DNA of 47,128 nucleotides from Catajapyx aquilonaris (lineage: Eukaryota), in assembly GCA_000934665.2 (NCBI GenBank), contig KZ538808.1:1-47128 (forward strand), in the 5' to 3' direction. Of this stretch, positions 12,774 through 26,600 are shown piece by piece (within the stretch, counting starts at the first letter, position 1; the number at the start of each line of letters is the position of its first letter). Made by a program: the position numbers and the translations under genes. The notes under the pieces were generated by a model. It was given only the letters and a program-made list of their open reading frames with translations, did no database searches and was not told the origin of the DNA.

Positions 12774-15700
12774 CTGCGGAAGAATTTGGGACCAATTAGG
12801 CATTGAAAGCACTGGTATTTAGTTTCTGAAGGCAGTTCCATGATAATAAGACTTGTACGGTTTCATTCTTCTCAAAAGGGTGGGCTTGAACCTTTTTACT
12901 ATAGGCGAGATATCAAAAACATAATGGTACTGCATTTATAGCAATTTATCTACTTCGTAAATGTATAGATAGCGTATAAATGGCTAAAATTGTCAGGCAG
13001 CCAAACATTCAAATCCAGTTAGGCCACTTTTAAATGTTCGTCCTTAAATTATTGTTATGTATTAATATTCTCCAAGTTGGTATGTTATGTTGAAGCGCAT
13101 AGCTGAAAATATCGAAACTCGATTCGCTATATATTTCACAAATTGGTGTTTAAGAATCAAAATATAATTTATTTATTTGCTCAGGGTAACCAACTTTGCC
13201 GGAAATAGCTCAACGGACAAACTTCTTGAAATTGTTTTTAATAGTCGAATGATTTATGCAAGGAAGATTTTACGTGCAGAACTCCCACGTCACTTGCTGA
13301 CACACGTTACGACTTACGATACATTTGAAAATTGGATTTTTCTCCACGATCGGTACGATTTTCTGACCTTTTGAGACCGTCGCGTCGCGTTGTTGTTTTG
13401 CATTGCCATCGAAGGAATTGTTAAGGATGATTCTTATTCGCTTTCAGATTTGAAATGAGGTCTACTATTATACGAGGTAATGGTGCTCTTATTGGCGTTT
13501 CATTTGTTAATAACTCATTAATTGTTAATTGCACATTATACGGTCGACGTATTGGTAGATTTCAAGTATAGAATTAAGCACTCTACTCTGGTGAGCAATT
13601 ACCATGTTCTTGCCTTAATGAAATAGTCCATTTTACTGGGATGTTTAGCAGTTTGTGTTGGCTGACGTTACGCAGGATACGGGAGACATTACAGTCCATT
13701 AAAAATACTTGAAAATTTGCGAAGTTAAATTACCTGCACTCTACGAATTGCCAAAAGCCTACATTTAATCAACAGTAGAACAGCTGAACGTAATAAGCAT
13801 GGAGCTCATGCTGATGTATAATGAAATTTACATTAATGTATTAACGCGAACGCAGATTGAAACACTAACTCAAAATAATACGTTTCACTTGGTGTACATG
13901 ATAGTCATGATAATGAGCTAGCAAGCCAGGATTTTCTATATTTACTAGCATGTGCAAGTTCAAATCATTGCCTTCCATTATCCCGAAACAGGTTATTTGG
14001 ACTTGGTGGGTTTCACTTGCCCACGATATAGTCGAGGGAAAGTGTCGTGTACTTTTAGATGAATTTGATCGCTAGTGAGAAGGTTTCCATCTGGAGCCAG
14101 TCAAACAAATTAGGAAACAGGTCACGGACGCTATTGTGATAGTCAAATTGGTGCAGCCCAATAGGTGTTTCCTATTTGAACCGAAGATCGCCTGGGAAAA
14201 GAAACCCACCTTCGTAGTTGATTCGGCCGTCGTGGTCGATATCGGCCATGGCCAGCAGTTCGTTCAGCTCGGATTCAGTGACGCTCTCGCCAATCATCTC
14301 CATCGCCGTTCGCAGCTCATCCTGCCAAAGGTGGGGGAGAGGGGCAACAAGTGGTCCCATATGAGTTATACGTTACAGCAAATCAACCGAGAAATGAGTC
14401 CTCGCGCGAAACGCATTACACAAGGATGGAATCACATGGCAATCAGTACCAAGGGCATGAGAGGAAGGGAAATAATTTTACAAGTGCATGCACAGATGGA
14501 GTTTGATCACGGTTTGCACAAATTTACGCGAAAAATTTAAGTGCGTGTAAAATTAGTACTACATGTAGGTCGGACGGGGTGAATAAGACCACTTTTCAAG
14601 TTTTCATATTACATTTGTTGCATATATTATTTTCTCGAATACTTGTATGAACTATAGGAGTAACCATATTTACAGTACCTTTTTCTGATAGGATTGGACT
14701 TCCTCTACGACTGTGCACTAGAAACTATATAATTACGACATGAACCATATTAATCCAAGTACTATAAGTGTACATTAAACCGCGATCCTGAGCATCTCGT
14801 ATAATCGGATGCAGTTATGAACACCCCATGAAATGTGAGGCATTGAGGTAAGGCAGTGGGCCAATAAGCTTAGTTGAAATACGCCATGCATAACACAGCT
14901 ACACTGTAGGCTCTATAAAGGGCACTGCAGCTTTCCACTTTATACTTACAGGGTACATGACACCTGGGGTTACTTAACAATGACGTGTCCCTTAATTAAA
15001 TAACAGGATCAAGTCAATCACTAGTGTTGTTCATTATCGACATCCAATTATGTTGGTTGTGTTTTAAAGGGATTAGCAACCAGGCTTTACATGAGTTCAG
15101 CACAAATATTATCGGATTCCATGAATAACTCTATTATTCCAAAATATTTTCACTCGTAATTGCACCCCAGGCCAGATTAATATCCATTCTTAGGCCAACA
15201 GGTAGCCTACTATAAGCACAATATGATCTACTAGTCGGACCCTCTCTTACGAGAAATGTAGGTGAACGTGCTCCCGATAATAATGTGCCGAAATCATTAT
15301 AGCACACTACATTCAACAAATTATTACTCTAGATACAGTACACGATGATTTGCGTTATGTTCCCCTGGTTGTGTGGTAGAAATTTTCCAGCACCATGCAC
15401 ATAAATGCTGTAGACCTACATTATTATTGATAACTACATTGATGCGGGGTAATTTGAGAAAACCAGTCTTTCTATTCACCCTTTCCGACCATTCTATAAT
15501 AATTATGCAAGAACACCATTGTGCCACTTCGATAGCTCACATTTGACTCGACATTTAGTGTAATTTTGCGATATATTATAGGAGCATCTGTTTTTGTTGA
15601 GTACCTTGGTAATAAATCCGTTTCTGTCCTTGTCAAAGACGCGGAAGGCTGCGATGAGGTCCTTGCTCACGTCGTCACTGGAGTCTTGACTCAAGGCCTG

Positions 15701-17882
15701 GATTTTGGCCACCCACTGCAGGAATTCCGCCTCGTTGATAAGGCCGTTTCCTGCCAAAGAAATATCGTCACTTTCTCCTCATTTGTGGATCATTTGCTTA
15801 TATTTCATCCGGGTTCACGATGAAAAGAACACTAAATGATAAGGCAAGAGGCGTAGTTTAAAAGAGTATATGATTGTGACAACATCAAATTTTCACATCA
15901 GTATTTTTAATGATGCTTAGCAGTTTGAGCGATATTAGTCAACAACCCAATGAGTCTGTCTTCACTTGAAATTCTACTCAATTATTGACGTTGGCTTAGT
16001 ACAAATTTGCGGTGAGTAGGAATCTTGTCAGACGTAGATAGACACGCAGAAAGACGAACGATAAAGAGTGGCAAGCAACAAGGGCATAAAACACGTAACA
16101 GGACCAAAATGTTTTACGAGTAACGGTTAACGTGGCTCGTTATATGTTAGTCTACGTGTTTTTGTGGCCTGCCCCCAGACGACCTTTCAGTTTCAGTTTG
16201 TAACAATATAAATAGGAGTTTCATAATTATACTGATTGCGAGTTAGAGGCATTACCCACTGCATTGGTGTCGATGAGTCCATGTGAGAAGTGTTTTAAAT
16301 TCTTTTAATTCGTCAGGTCAGCTATTTAACAAATATGTGGCAAATATTCGGTGCATGTTCAGAAGCACGAGAAAAAGAACGCTAATACTCTTTAATGAAA
16401 ATTTCAGTCCAAAAAAATGTTAAAGACTGTTTAATCATAATTTTGTTTAAATAATTTCATCCAATAAATTAACACAGCCACATGATGGCGCATGCCTGTA
16501 GCTACTGGAGGGCACAAGCAACATTTCAATTGGAGTATTTTTCGAACCGTAGGCTATACTTTGATTTTGTAAGCCTATGTCAATCATTCTCGCCACAAAG
16601 CCTATTCTCTCGTCTCTTGGTCATGCCCTAAGCTCCCGTCGGAATGGTATTTGTGTCATGTAGTACCACAGCTAAAAATATGTGTAATCATGTGGATGTT
16701 GAGTTTTGTGGTAAATTATTGCAAAAATGCAAGACAGACTGGTGCAATACTTACTTTTGGAATGCGGTGATATAATAATTATATTATACTCTCTGACAAT
16801 AAGCGTTAGATTTAGCAACACAGTTGGCATTGCATCAGGGACAGTTTATATTAAATTGACTCATAGTTTGTATTGGTATTTATAAAATTTTGTGTACTAT
16901 GTCAGTAGTAAAAATAGTGCCATAGCTCCAATTTTAAAAAAATGATGCTGGAAAATTATATGGTGACTAAAGCAAGTGCAGGTGAATACCCGCAACAGTA
17001 TTCTTCAGCATATTGTAGAGTTCAAATAGCAGAGAAAAATAGCGTATTACAAACCTGATTGGCTGGCCTGGCATATGAGATCTTGAATGAGGTCGTCCGG
17101 TATATCAATGCCCAGGTTATGAAGCATGTGCTGCAGCTCGCTGGCATTGACTCGTCCATCTCGGTTTTGATCTAGTAGCACGAATGCTGTCCGAAGGTCT
17201 GGGGGGGGGGGGGTTATATACAATAGAATTAACCATCTATACTCTTACACAATACTGAACACTGGTCAAGTGATTCAAGAACACTTTACCCTTGATAATA
17301 ATGGGGTTTCGTGTTCTTCATTGGCTGGTCGTCGAGAGCATTCAAATAATTCATGCAATTAATCAAAGTAATGATTCAGATATCACAGTGGGTATCTTGC
17401 TCAACTTCCTTCACACAACTACAGGTACATTGTAGGAAAGATACACCTTCAAAGTGATATTGGTATTAAGTTACACATTTTCACCTTGTGACACTATGAA
17501 ATTGTAACATTGCCGCCAAGATCCGTTAAAACACTGACCCTCAACATATTTCGAGACAAGACGTGGAAGGTGTCCGTCAGTGACCTAACGTTATACAAAA
17601 CCAGGCCCCGGTGAAAAGTTGCAAGTGGAAATAAAGAGAGAAAACTGGAGGGGTACATCGCGTATATGCACTTCTGCTCAATTCCGTGACGCACAGGTGT
17701 AACTATGTAAGCATAGAAATATGTAAGGAAGGAGTCCTTATTGACGTGTTGTTCATCGTGTAATAAGTTTATCTCTTAATCTAATCTTTAAAACACGAAT
17801 CAAATTGAAAAACTGCTGACTGCCACCTTATTTTCCCCAGCGCATGCAAAAGCAAACTGAACTGGCCTGCTACTAGCCTTTC

Positions 17883-17958
<76 letters not shown>

Positions 17959-20596
17959 GATACCCCGTGATAGGCCCCTTGGGCCTCTTAGGGGATCATC
18001 TTTTGAATAACCGACTTTAATCATTTGCCTGTAATGTGATGGATTTTGATAGTGTGAGGAAACGGGAGAACCCCGAGAAAACCCATTCGAACACGGAGAG
18101 AACCCATCGAAACTCTATCCACATAAGTATCCTCCGTCCGACCCGGGGATCGAACTCGGGACCTTAGAGGTGGAAGGCTGCGGCGCTAACCACTCGGCCA
18201 CCGTGTTGCCCTCTACTAGCCTTTCAATATATTTCTTGAAATTCTGATTTAATTTGGTGCCTTGAAATGTGGGGAATGCCAATTTCACAAATCTTATAAA
18301 TCTTATGATGTAAATTTTTGACAAGTGAAAATCCCATGAAGTGCCATGTCATACGAAAAGGAGCAGCTTCATGAATAATATATTGCTGTACTAGATTAGG
18401 TAAGAAGTGTGTTCGCAGAGAAAATTAACAACGTTTGAATTCCTACGCAAATGAAATTACAATGTGCAACATGGCTACAACTTATTGTATAATAGCTTTT
18501 TTTTCATCGTGACACCTATGCAGTGCATGACTGTAAAACTATGTAAATATATTGCATAACATGCGCCCCGATTTAGCCTGTGTAAGCTATCTACCAGGGA
18601 TTCAAACCTTGTAGCATGTCTTAATGGGAACTATGCAGTGCATCCGACTAAGGTTATTCAGGTCCGGTACTGTACCGCTAAAGGCATACTGTCGACTTCC
18701 CTTATTAGGCCTATTGTTTGTAGGCAATAATGAACAAACCAATATTGATAACTATGGCTAAGGTTATTACCTGGACATAAGTGCATGATCTCAATGATTA
18801 CACATAGTACATGGACAAACTCAAAATAATATGCCTTATTACTCAAAGTGGCCTTTCAACAAAAAAAAAAAACGGTTCCTTCTTTTTATATTAATGAAGT
18901 GCTGAGTTGCACCACGCATGTAAAGATGTTCACCGCGGATTTTTAAAAATCATTTCTTGAAATAATTAACAATTAATAACAGTGAAAAACCTAAATGGCA
19001 TCATGAATCTGCTATATAATACCACCACGATATATTTGAACGTTTGAATTTCTGTAGCAAATTTAACTAGGCTACTTGTAGTCTAATAATTTTCAACATA
19101 TCAACATATTGATAATATAACCTGATATTTGGTTTTATGATAATGTCATTATTTAATTGTCCATGCACTTTTATGTAAACAAACCTATAACCAGCAGTGC
19201 CTTCATCTGAAAGTTGCAAGTCAATAGGAGACGACAGTCAAAAGCATCGCTTATAAATAGTTAGGAAAGCCACAAAAGGACTCTTCTCCCTAGATGTATT
19301 TTGTACGCTTTGTGGCCTACTCTGATTTGAAAACATTATTCACACCGAAGGAATACCGGCGACAAAACAAACCAAAAGTTGATTGACTGATCTTCAAAGG
19401 AAGCACGCTGTCTCTCACATGATCTGACATGTGGCACAATCTACGTATAACTTAAGAAGTTAATAGCCAAACTATAAAATCCACTGTCTAATTTTAGCCG
19501 GAACCGCAGTTGTATTTTTACACCCGTAAAATGTGTCACAGTTGGCAAGGGTTGGTTGGGCAAAGTGAAACGCCCGTGCTCTTCAGAGAGAGAGGGAGAG
19601 AGGGAGAGGGAGAGGGAGAGAGAAAATCCCGACCACTAAAGAGACGGGTGGGAAGTGGAGGGGATCTCTTCGACAAGTTTCGAAATCAGACTTGGCCTTG
19701 GTTCAACATCGTTACTGCGCAATCTATTCACACAAGTCACAATATTCAGGAACATTCTTTACCCTATACAATTTGCAACTTTTGGAACCTCTCTGTTGTA
19801 GTTTTTTTTTGTGCATAACTCTACAGCCTTCTCATTACGTCTGACTACGATTACACAATGCCTCTAGCCCTGCCAGCATATTCATCTGCTCATATCAGAT
19901 CGCGTCAGGTGCCCGTATGATAGGGGTGCGAAACATGTTATGTTGTTCTTGCTCGAAATGCACCCGACATACCAAAAGGAGACAGGAAAGGACGCAAAAA
20001 TATCACGGAAGTTTTGGTACACACTCTCTTTCTCTCTCACTCCCTCTAGGGCTTGTCACGGATATTTTTAACTGGCACTGAATCGCCCACAGTCAGTTGG
20101 CGGGTGGAGACCCCCCCCCCCTCTCCCTCTCCTCCCCAGTCCTCTGCTTGATCTGTAGATAATGTAAACCCATGTCAGGTTTTTTTGGCCACACACAAGT
20201 TGCAATCTGCCAGCCATTTCCAGAGATACTGACAAAGATGTCTGGCGAATGGCAACAAGTTACAAACCTGGGAGGGTGATTAGAGCAGATGCAACAGGAT
20301 AGTAGCTATAGGCGTTAAGATAGGCGACACCGATGCCGCGTAACGAGTGGCCTAAACCGTCCCAGTCCCTAGATTAAGGTGTCTGCATGAAGGTCTTGAT
20401 ATCGATTAAAAGTGAGGTTTGACGCACGTGTTTGGATCAGGTCCGTGGCAAAGTGGGAAAAACGCAAGGAGGAAGCAAGGACACGAACACCTTCAGTGAT
20501 CTGTTTGAAGAGTAATCCTATCTATTTGTCTAGCCTAGCCTTCGATGTATCTCTTCTTTGGAGGTTGCTCAAGTGTTGACATTTTTCCAATGTCGC

Positions 20597-20667
<71 letters not shown>

Positions 20668-23562
20668 AGTACAATTAACGTGAGTAGAGCAGTAATTTAC
20701 ACAGGCCTTAAGATTAAGAGCCTGCCCCTGTAATACATGCTGCGCGGTGTACAAAAGAGGCATATAGGTTATCTGACTGCCAGGATGAACCTTGGAACAC
20801 AGTAATGTCAAGGAAATTAATTTAGAATGAGTGTACCGCAGGTAGGCTAATACGCAGTGAGACCTGTCTAAGTAGCTTGCGAAATTGGGTACACACTATA
20901 CATGCACGCACTGTACTGATAGAAGTGCCTTTGTGGTTAGCGATGTGCAGCGATTTCAGAGGATTTTGCTAACCAATGCAGGTTTACTATACTGTACACT
21001 GCCCAGCCAAGTATAATACGTAGCTGGTGGGATTGATTTTTGCTGTCAGACTCTATGAATTGAGTATTGACACAGTATGTGAAAGTTTCGTATATTAAAT
21101 TCGACTGCATGTGTAAAACTCAGTGAGAATAACTTGCTGAGGCGTGACATTTCTTTAGTGTTAAGGGAATATAAATAGGAAATTAAAGCGAATAGTACTG
21201 TACATTATTTTGTACATGATGGTATTATGCCAATGTGTACGTCTAAAGTGTGGCAACGGTGGAATTTTGATGGATTGGTAACCCCTTGGCAAGGTTGGGT
21301 TCCTCATTTTGAAGGAACTACTGTAGATCCCACAATGTTAAGCAGGATTTTAATGACATGAAGAATAGAAGGGCACTTAATTTCACTGCCAAGTCTCCAG
21401 TTCAAGAGGGACGAGGTAGAGTGAAATTTTATTGTTTACCTTATCGACCATTTTAAATAGAAGAATCACGACAAGCGAATGTTGGTTGTTGCTTCCAAAG
21501 GGGGTTATTTTACTAGAAAATATGCTGGAGTAAATAACACAGAATTTTTGCCTCTGTATCCTCCTCATGTCTGGGTACTTGGGCAGTGACCACCTTATGT
21601 ATACGCAATATTATTATAAAATAAATTGCAAAATTTATATCCTTTAACTTAATCAAATCCCAACGGCTACTAGCTATCACATAATAAGAACAACATTCAA
21701 ATATTACAAACCCATGACTGAATTTCTTACCACAAATTATGTTATACATTCGAAATGGTGCTTAAATCAAACATTAGTCTTTAATAATAATAGTCCTATA
21801 ATAACTTTCAACCCTTCCCATCCTTACGCAAATACCGTATTCTAAACTAGATAGATTGATTTGTCGTAAATGTTGCAACTGCTCTTCTATGTACAGCATA
21901 GTGTAAAACAGTTTAATGCATTTTATTACCTCTTTCGGTTTATTTATATGCTAGCCCCCTTGTAAATTAATTTATATACGGTATTGCCCAATATTTCTGG
22001 CTCCAGGATGCTTTGGAATGAACGGTTTTTCACATGCAGTATTGTAAGTTACGATGTGTGTTTGTCAAAATTAGGCAGCTATGTGCATGGTTCAATGTAC
22101 AATACACTGATATGTGACAAGGAGCCAAGAGAAAATGTTTAGAAGAGGACTTTGGGAGGGGAGGGGGGAGTGAAGAAAAGAAACAGCACAAACAAAACTC
22201 GCATAACTAAGGACTTGCCAACTGGCCAAGATGACAACACCCAAAGAATTCTCACTTCTTCCGGATGGAGTTCATTGAGGTCAACAGCTAACGACCCCTG
22301 CTATAACAGAAACACAGCGCCCTGGCACCCAACAGGACAATTTAGACATTTTTGCGTTAAGAATTAGTGCAACTTATCTATTAATAGACCGAACAATCTA
22401 AGTGTACTGTACATCTGGCAAAATGTTGACACTGCATGCCATTTTGCTACCTAATATTACAAGCCTGGATTACAAGACTTGTAATATTAGGTTGCAAAAT
22501 GGCATGCAATGTTTAATGGTGAGGGGGGTCACTCGGGTGGCAGTGACCCTCCTGAATGCTCTCATTTAGTGGCTTAATTCTGAGCCGAAATCACCCTGCG
22601 TTCATTTGTTTACCTTGCTGCCACTGATTTGCTCACGTAACTAGTAATGGGTCCACCGAGCCTCTTGCCTTTTCGGAATTTTTATCGCGACACATGTCAC
22701 TTTGTTGATGCCATGTGGACTCATGCGGACACATTATATGCTCTATACCTCAACATATTAAATGGAGACAGTAGCTCTTTAACAATTATCCCAGCCCTTT
22801 ATGGCTCTACCAGGTTTGTTTACATCCTTCAACCCTTTATCCTGAGGCTTCTGTCTATTGTTTTTGGAACAACCTGAGTTGGCACACCTCCGAAAATGGT
22901 GTGTGGCATATAACTTATGTGTAGAATATTGTGATTCTGAATTTCTTCACCTGCCGTTACTTTTCCCCCCTGGGGTCTGATACAGTCCACCGTCACCGGT
23001 CTGATTCCCAAAATACAGTCTTGTCAATAACGAGGTTTTTTCAGCTTACGTGTCAAGGTTGCTTGAAAATATACCCATATCGTATTCTAAAAAGATGTCG
23101 AATTCTTGGGTGATTTTGCGACATTCCTAAAGGTGACAAAACAACTCAGATGGATAGGCTTCGAGGTTATTTCCAAGTTTGGGCGACCTTTCCCTTTTTA
23201 TATCTGGAAATAAGATCTAAATAACCCTGTAAAGCAAGGCGGGAGGGCAGCTCTAGCTAATTAATTAGGACCACACGCAACGATGGTCGGCTCCGAAATG
23301 CGCAATCTTCGAACTTATAAATGAGTTTATGCTTTTCCCCGCCTGAGCTTAATCAGGATGTATGTCCTGGCAAAAACTCGAGTGAGAAAATCTGAAGGAT
23401 AAAAATTCTTTGATCTATTCGTACGTGTGCGGGGAGAAAATTTCCTGCGGGTCGGTTGCGTGGCCTGAATAATATATTATTGACATGACCCGGTATCGTG
23501 AAGATTAGGCGCAATACTGAGTCCAATTATCAGATAACACTATACACATGCCACGTAGCGTT

Positions 23563-23627
<65 letters not shown>

Positions 23628-26600
23628 TAGGCACCAACTTGCCAAAATCGGGCAAACAATTACTCAAAAGTGCGAAAGTGGAGAGAGAGACTCTCTCCAC
23701 ACGGTGAAGTGCAGAAGTAAGCGAGTCGCCACCCAGGAGGTGGCGCCCGGAACGGCGGAAATGGTAATTCCGTGGAACGGCGCGGTCGGCTTTTTTTGCG
23801 GTTTTTTGAGCTTTACGCAGTCCCTCGGTACCGTTTCCAAAAAAAAGACAAAAAAGGTGGTTTGCAAATATAGAAAACACGGGCAAAATTTTGACACCAC
23901 TCCCAAAGTATTAGCTATGATGTGGAGAAGGAAGCAGCGAAGCGACTTCTTCACGCACATCGAACTAAAGATTAATCCTATAGTACTTTTGCCAATTATA
24001 CCGTAACCTTCAGACCAGCCCAACTTCTTACAACGCAATCCTGCCATCTAATCCATCGACTCAAATAGCGAGCATGAACTTGATCCGATACGTGGTTTTC
24101 CCAACATCCAGCCTTCTCATCAATTCCATTTAACTACGCCATATAATAAGGAACAGTATTAATAAATGCAATCAATTTTCTTTCTAACATAAACATGCCC
24201 AAGTATGGAACAAAACATTGCCATTCTTTGTAGGGTATACTTCTCATGTTTCCAGAAGCCAAAATATCAATCTGAGAATATCCGTGGCCCGCTTGGCCGT
24301 GGGTAAAGTGCCGGCTGACTCTTTCATTTTGCCACGGCTTTCCAGTTGAAAGGGGGTAGGGGGCGTATAAAAGACTAACATGCTGTTCAAAGGGTTCTGG
24401 CTGGCTGCTTGCAGCACTAAGTAGATTTTGGGGGGAGAGTGGCGCCTACGGAAGGAAGGCGGGAAAATGCAATCTTCAGGCAGTCACCCAAGCACTCTTC
24501 CTGCCTGGTGCGGGAGGTGACAAAGTTGCCAGGAAAAAAAGTCTGGAATGTATGGTGAGGGGGGGGGGGGGCTTCAGGTGACATATAGGAACAGTTTAAC
24601 GATCGATCTGCTGACCCTTTGTGCTTCTCTATGCAACCGGAAATGCCGGTGGTTGCTGGTATATACCCGTATTGTTGCCACAGATTGACTTACTGTGACA
24701 TGCTGTCGGATTGGATTGGTCAAAACATAGCTGATTTGGATCATGTAGTTGGATAAACTTAGCAAGCGATTTTGAAGATGAACAATGTGCATGCAGAAAG
24801 AGAGAGGAAACTTGCCTTTCAGCTCTCCTTCACTGAAATGCCTGCCAGTAGCAGCCTCCTGGAAGACAACAAAGTGCGATTAATCGTTCACCTAATTAAG
24901 AATTCCATTAATCACTCGTCATGTTACGTAACTTGCATTATACAGATTCGTAGAAGGTGTCATTAGTCTGCATTAGGGTATTTCCTCCCTGGGAAAAATT
25001 TATGCTATTCATTAATCTGGAATACGTACTCCAAAGTCTGGGATATAAAAGAAACCGCATCTCCTAGGCGACGCAACTAATGTAACGACAGAAGTTGGAC
25101 CTCTTTTCTCCAGTTCGCCACTTCTGGTGTAATCAGTCCCTCCCTTTGATAGATTACCGTACCTGCCGCTCAAGTAGCTCAGCATGAAGCTCGTTTCATG
25201 TCGACAATTTGAGAAATTGAACCATCTTTGCGCATGCAGGCCTCGACAAGCACTTCATTTGCTAAGATGATGTCGTAATTCTTATGTCGTTAGTTCCATA
25301 TATCAGTAACACGAATGAGGCTGTTTTGACCTTGCGACCTGCACAGGTCGCTTGAAACTTGTTTTTGCAGGATAACACAGAATTTCCGTTTATAGTGCAT
25401 CGTATAATACCACGTTGGAGCGAGCTTTCATGTCAAGTCACTAACATCTCCCAGCCATGCTAATTGGATCATATTCTTGAAGGTCATTTTTTAAGCCAGT
25501 GAGCGAGCTTGCTTTTAAATACACGTTAGAACCGGGAATTATGCGGTTGGTAATTAAAGTACTGTAATAATATCACGGAGAATGATGCACAACGGTATAG
25601 ATGCTATTTTACATGTGCTGTGGTATTAGAACAGGAAAGAGGTATGCAGCAGCTGGCGACGCAAACTCTTGCAGAAGCCTATATAAGCAATCAGGGTGTT
25701 CCTGAAATGGTTGAAACACTCATTTGTAGGAAATTATTATAATTGGAAAGGTAGTTATTTATTGCGATAAGAAGATGAATACAGATAATAGAGATACATG
25801 AAAATACTTTTTTTGTACTTTTCCTACACTATTGGCTACTATGTATACTTTCTGTAAATAATGATCTAAAATTGACCTGCTCGACGCCTGCTCCTCTTTC
25901 TGGGAAGTAAAGCTTCCGTCAGTAGAGAGCTCGATAGAGAGTGTGTCCAAACATGGAAGATTCAAAAGTTACTGAATAGGGTTCCAAAAAAAACAGTAGC
26001 AGAGTACTGTTGATGGAGTGGTGGCAACATATGCACATTTGTACGGTTTTCGGCGTTTTGCCAATAACGTGTTTTCTGGCTTTTGGTACATACTGAATAT
26101 TTGCAAACAGCCAGTGAGAACTGTGACTGTGCTGCAGCAAATTATAATTCTGGGAAAATGTAATGTCAAGTTCGGTACTGAAAACCAGTTCCTCTCTTCG
26201 TCGGCCGTATCCGGCAAGAAATTTGTACATATCTACTGTAGACCGAAAATTTATAAACAAAATTATCAATCATCATCATTATTATTAACAGAAGCCGCAG
26301 CTAGTACATTCTCATAATATAGTATACTTTTATGAAGCAAATGTGGAAATTATGAGTGCTGAATCAATTTTTGATTTCAAAAACGGAAGAGGTTCGATTG
26401 GTAGGTCCGCTGGTATAATAATGTCATAGTTATCTATTATGCAACTTAGCTACAATAAATGTAAAAGGGAAAACTCATTTTTATAAGCACTTTGTAACAC
26501 TGTTACGTGCTAATGTTAATATTAAAACATCACTATTTTATTACTAGAAAATTAAATTAACCACTTTAATCAATTATGACTAATAGCTTTTAAAAAAATT

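Noticed and set aside
22268..22284. Possible ecdysone response element (AGTTCATTGAGGT) in an intron of an ecdysone-inducible gene homologue
   Set aside because: Two mismatches to the RGKTCANTGAMCY consensus; expected by chance in 47 kb.
23626..23660. Possible Helitron 3' end (CTAG plus small hairpin) on the minus strand
   Set aside because: Stem of only about 5 bp and no matching 5' end identified.
23530..24047. Overlapping 118-152 aa ORFs with poly-I/poly-Y
   Set aside because: Two are inflated by the (AAT)n tract; none shows a domain-like signal.
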